Assembly (NCBI GenBank): GCA_050743265.1
Contig: JBOGEN010000069.1
Location: 1,987 to 65,986, forward strand
DNA from: Actinomycetes bacterium
Lineage (GTDB): Bacteria; Actinomycetota; Actinomycetes; JBOGEN01
Direction: 5' to 3'
Length of the DNA: 64,000 bases
In this document: in pieces, positions 63,809 through 64,000 of the stretch
Numbering within the stretch: position 1 is the stretch's first letter
Layout: every line of letters begins with the position of its first letter
Notes under the pieces: generated by a model
What the model was told of the DNA's origin: nothing
Databases searched by the model: none
The model's input: the letters and a program-made list of their open reading frames with translations, nothing else
Translations under genes and position numbers: made by a program

Positions 63809-64000
63809 CTGACACTCCCCTTCGCGTCGCGGAGCGCCTCGGTGCCACCGTGACGCGTCGCGTGCTCGCCCGCCTTCGTCCGGCCGAGCCTCTCTGTCGT
63901 ACGCCGGCAACGACGAGGCTCGACGCTCAGAAGATGAGATGCCGCCTCGCGATTCGTGGGGGTCGGGATCGCGGACGAGACCCGTCTCAGATCCGGAGCC

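Noticed and set aside
61526-63853. 775-aa plus-strand ORF
   Set aside because: It is antisense to the MmcQ, PEP-mutase-family and SDR genes, and is an arginine-rich low-complexity translation.
1-64000. tRNA, rRNA, CRISPR arrays, insertion sequences, integrases, prophage or toxin-antitoxin modules
   Set aside because: No T-loop/acceptor-stem-like tRNA signatures (GTTCGAnnC ... CCA contexts), no regularly spaced direct repeats, and no transposase, integrase or recombinase-like proteins were found in any frame. The window looks like stable core/accessory metabolic chromosome.

Overview
This is a high-GC (~72%) actinobacterial chromosomal segment carrying about 65 protein-coding genes and no rRNA, tRNA, CRISPR or mobile elements that I can see. 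Because GC content is so high, most long ORFs in the six-frame track are spurious antisense or off-frame artefacts (R/P/A/G-rich); genes were called by protein plausibility, family motifs, RBS and start-codon context, and operon coupling. Several coordinates may be off by 1-2 nt where I indexed by hand.

Content in order along the window:
- A helicase-nuclease (AddB/AdnA-like) with a PD-(D/E)XK domain, 3'-truncated at the left edge.
- A VOC family protein and a cupin.
- A decayed rpiB-mntH operon: rpiB carries a +1 frameshift in an A4 run, and the NRAMP gene carries a TGG->TAG change at the conserved Trp plus a -1 frameshift.
- An ECF sigma factor paired with a YciI-family gene.
- A CGNR zinc-finger protein next to a strongly promoted small ORF.
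- An F420-type LLM oxidoreductase and a nucleoside deaminase.
- Two adjacent membrane GGDEF-EAL proteins (c-di-GMP signalling).
- A peptide-utilisation locus: dppDF ATPases divergent from an M19 dipeptidase, a family-5 substrate-binding protein, two permeases, an M24 Xaa-Pro peptidase and a prolyl-iminopeptidase-like hydrolase, followed by a tandem-domain Lrp/AsnC regulator.
- A cobalamin riboswitch driving cbtB-cbtA.
- A large catabolic island (~32.5-49.8 kb): a Liv-type ABC importer, a cyclase and a hydantoinase/allantoinase-like amidohydrolase under a GntR regulator, then an ACMSD-like amidohydrolase, dehydrogenases, FAD oxidoreductases, cupins, an SDR and a second cyclase.
- A GntR-controlled operon: aldehyde dehydrogenase, enoyl-CoA hydratase, an ECF transporter (S component, fused double ATPase, T component), and an AhpE-like peroxiredoxin.
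- An ArsR-SRPBCC pair, secreted FG-GAP and LVIVD-like proteins, an MmcQ/YjbR protein, a PEP-mutase/isocitrate-lyase family gene and an SDR.

The most striking observation is the peroxiredoxin: its peroxidatic cysteine codon is an in-frame TGA followed by a hairpin, which makes it a selenocysteine-peroxiredoxin candidate.
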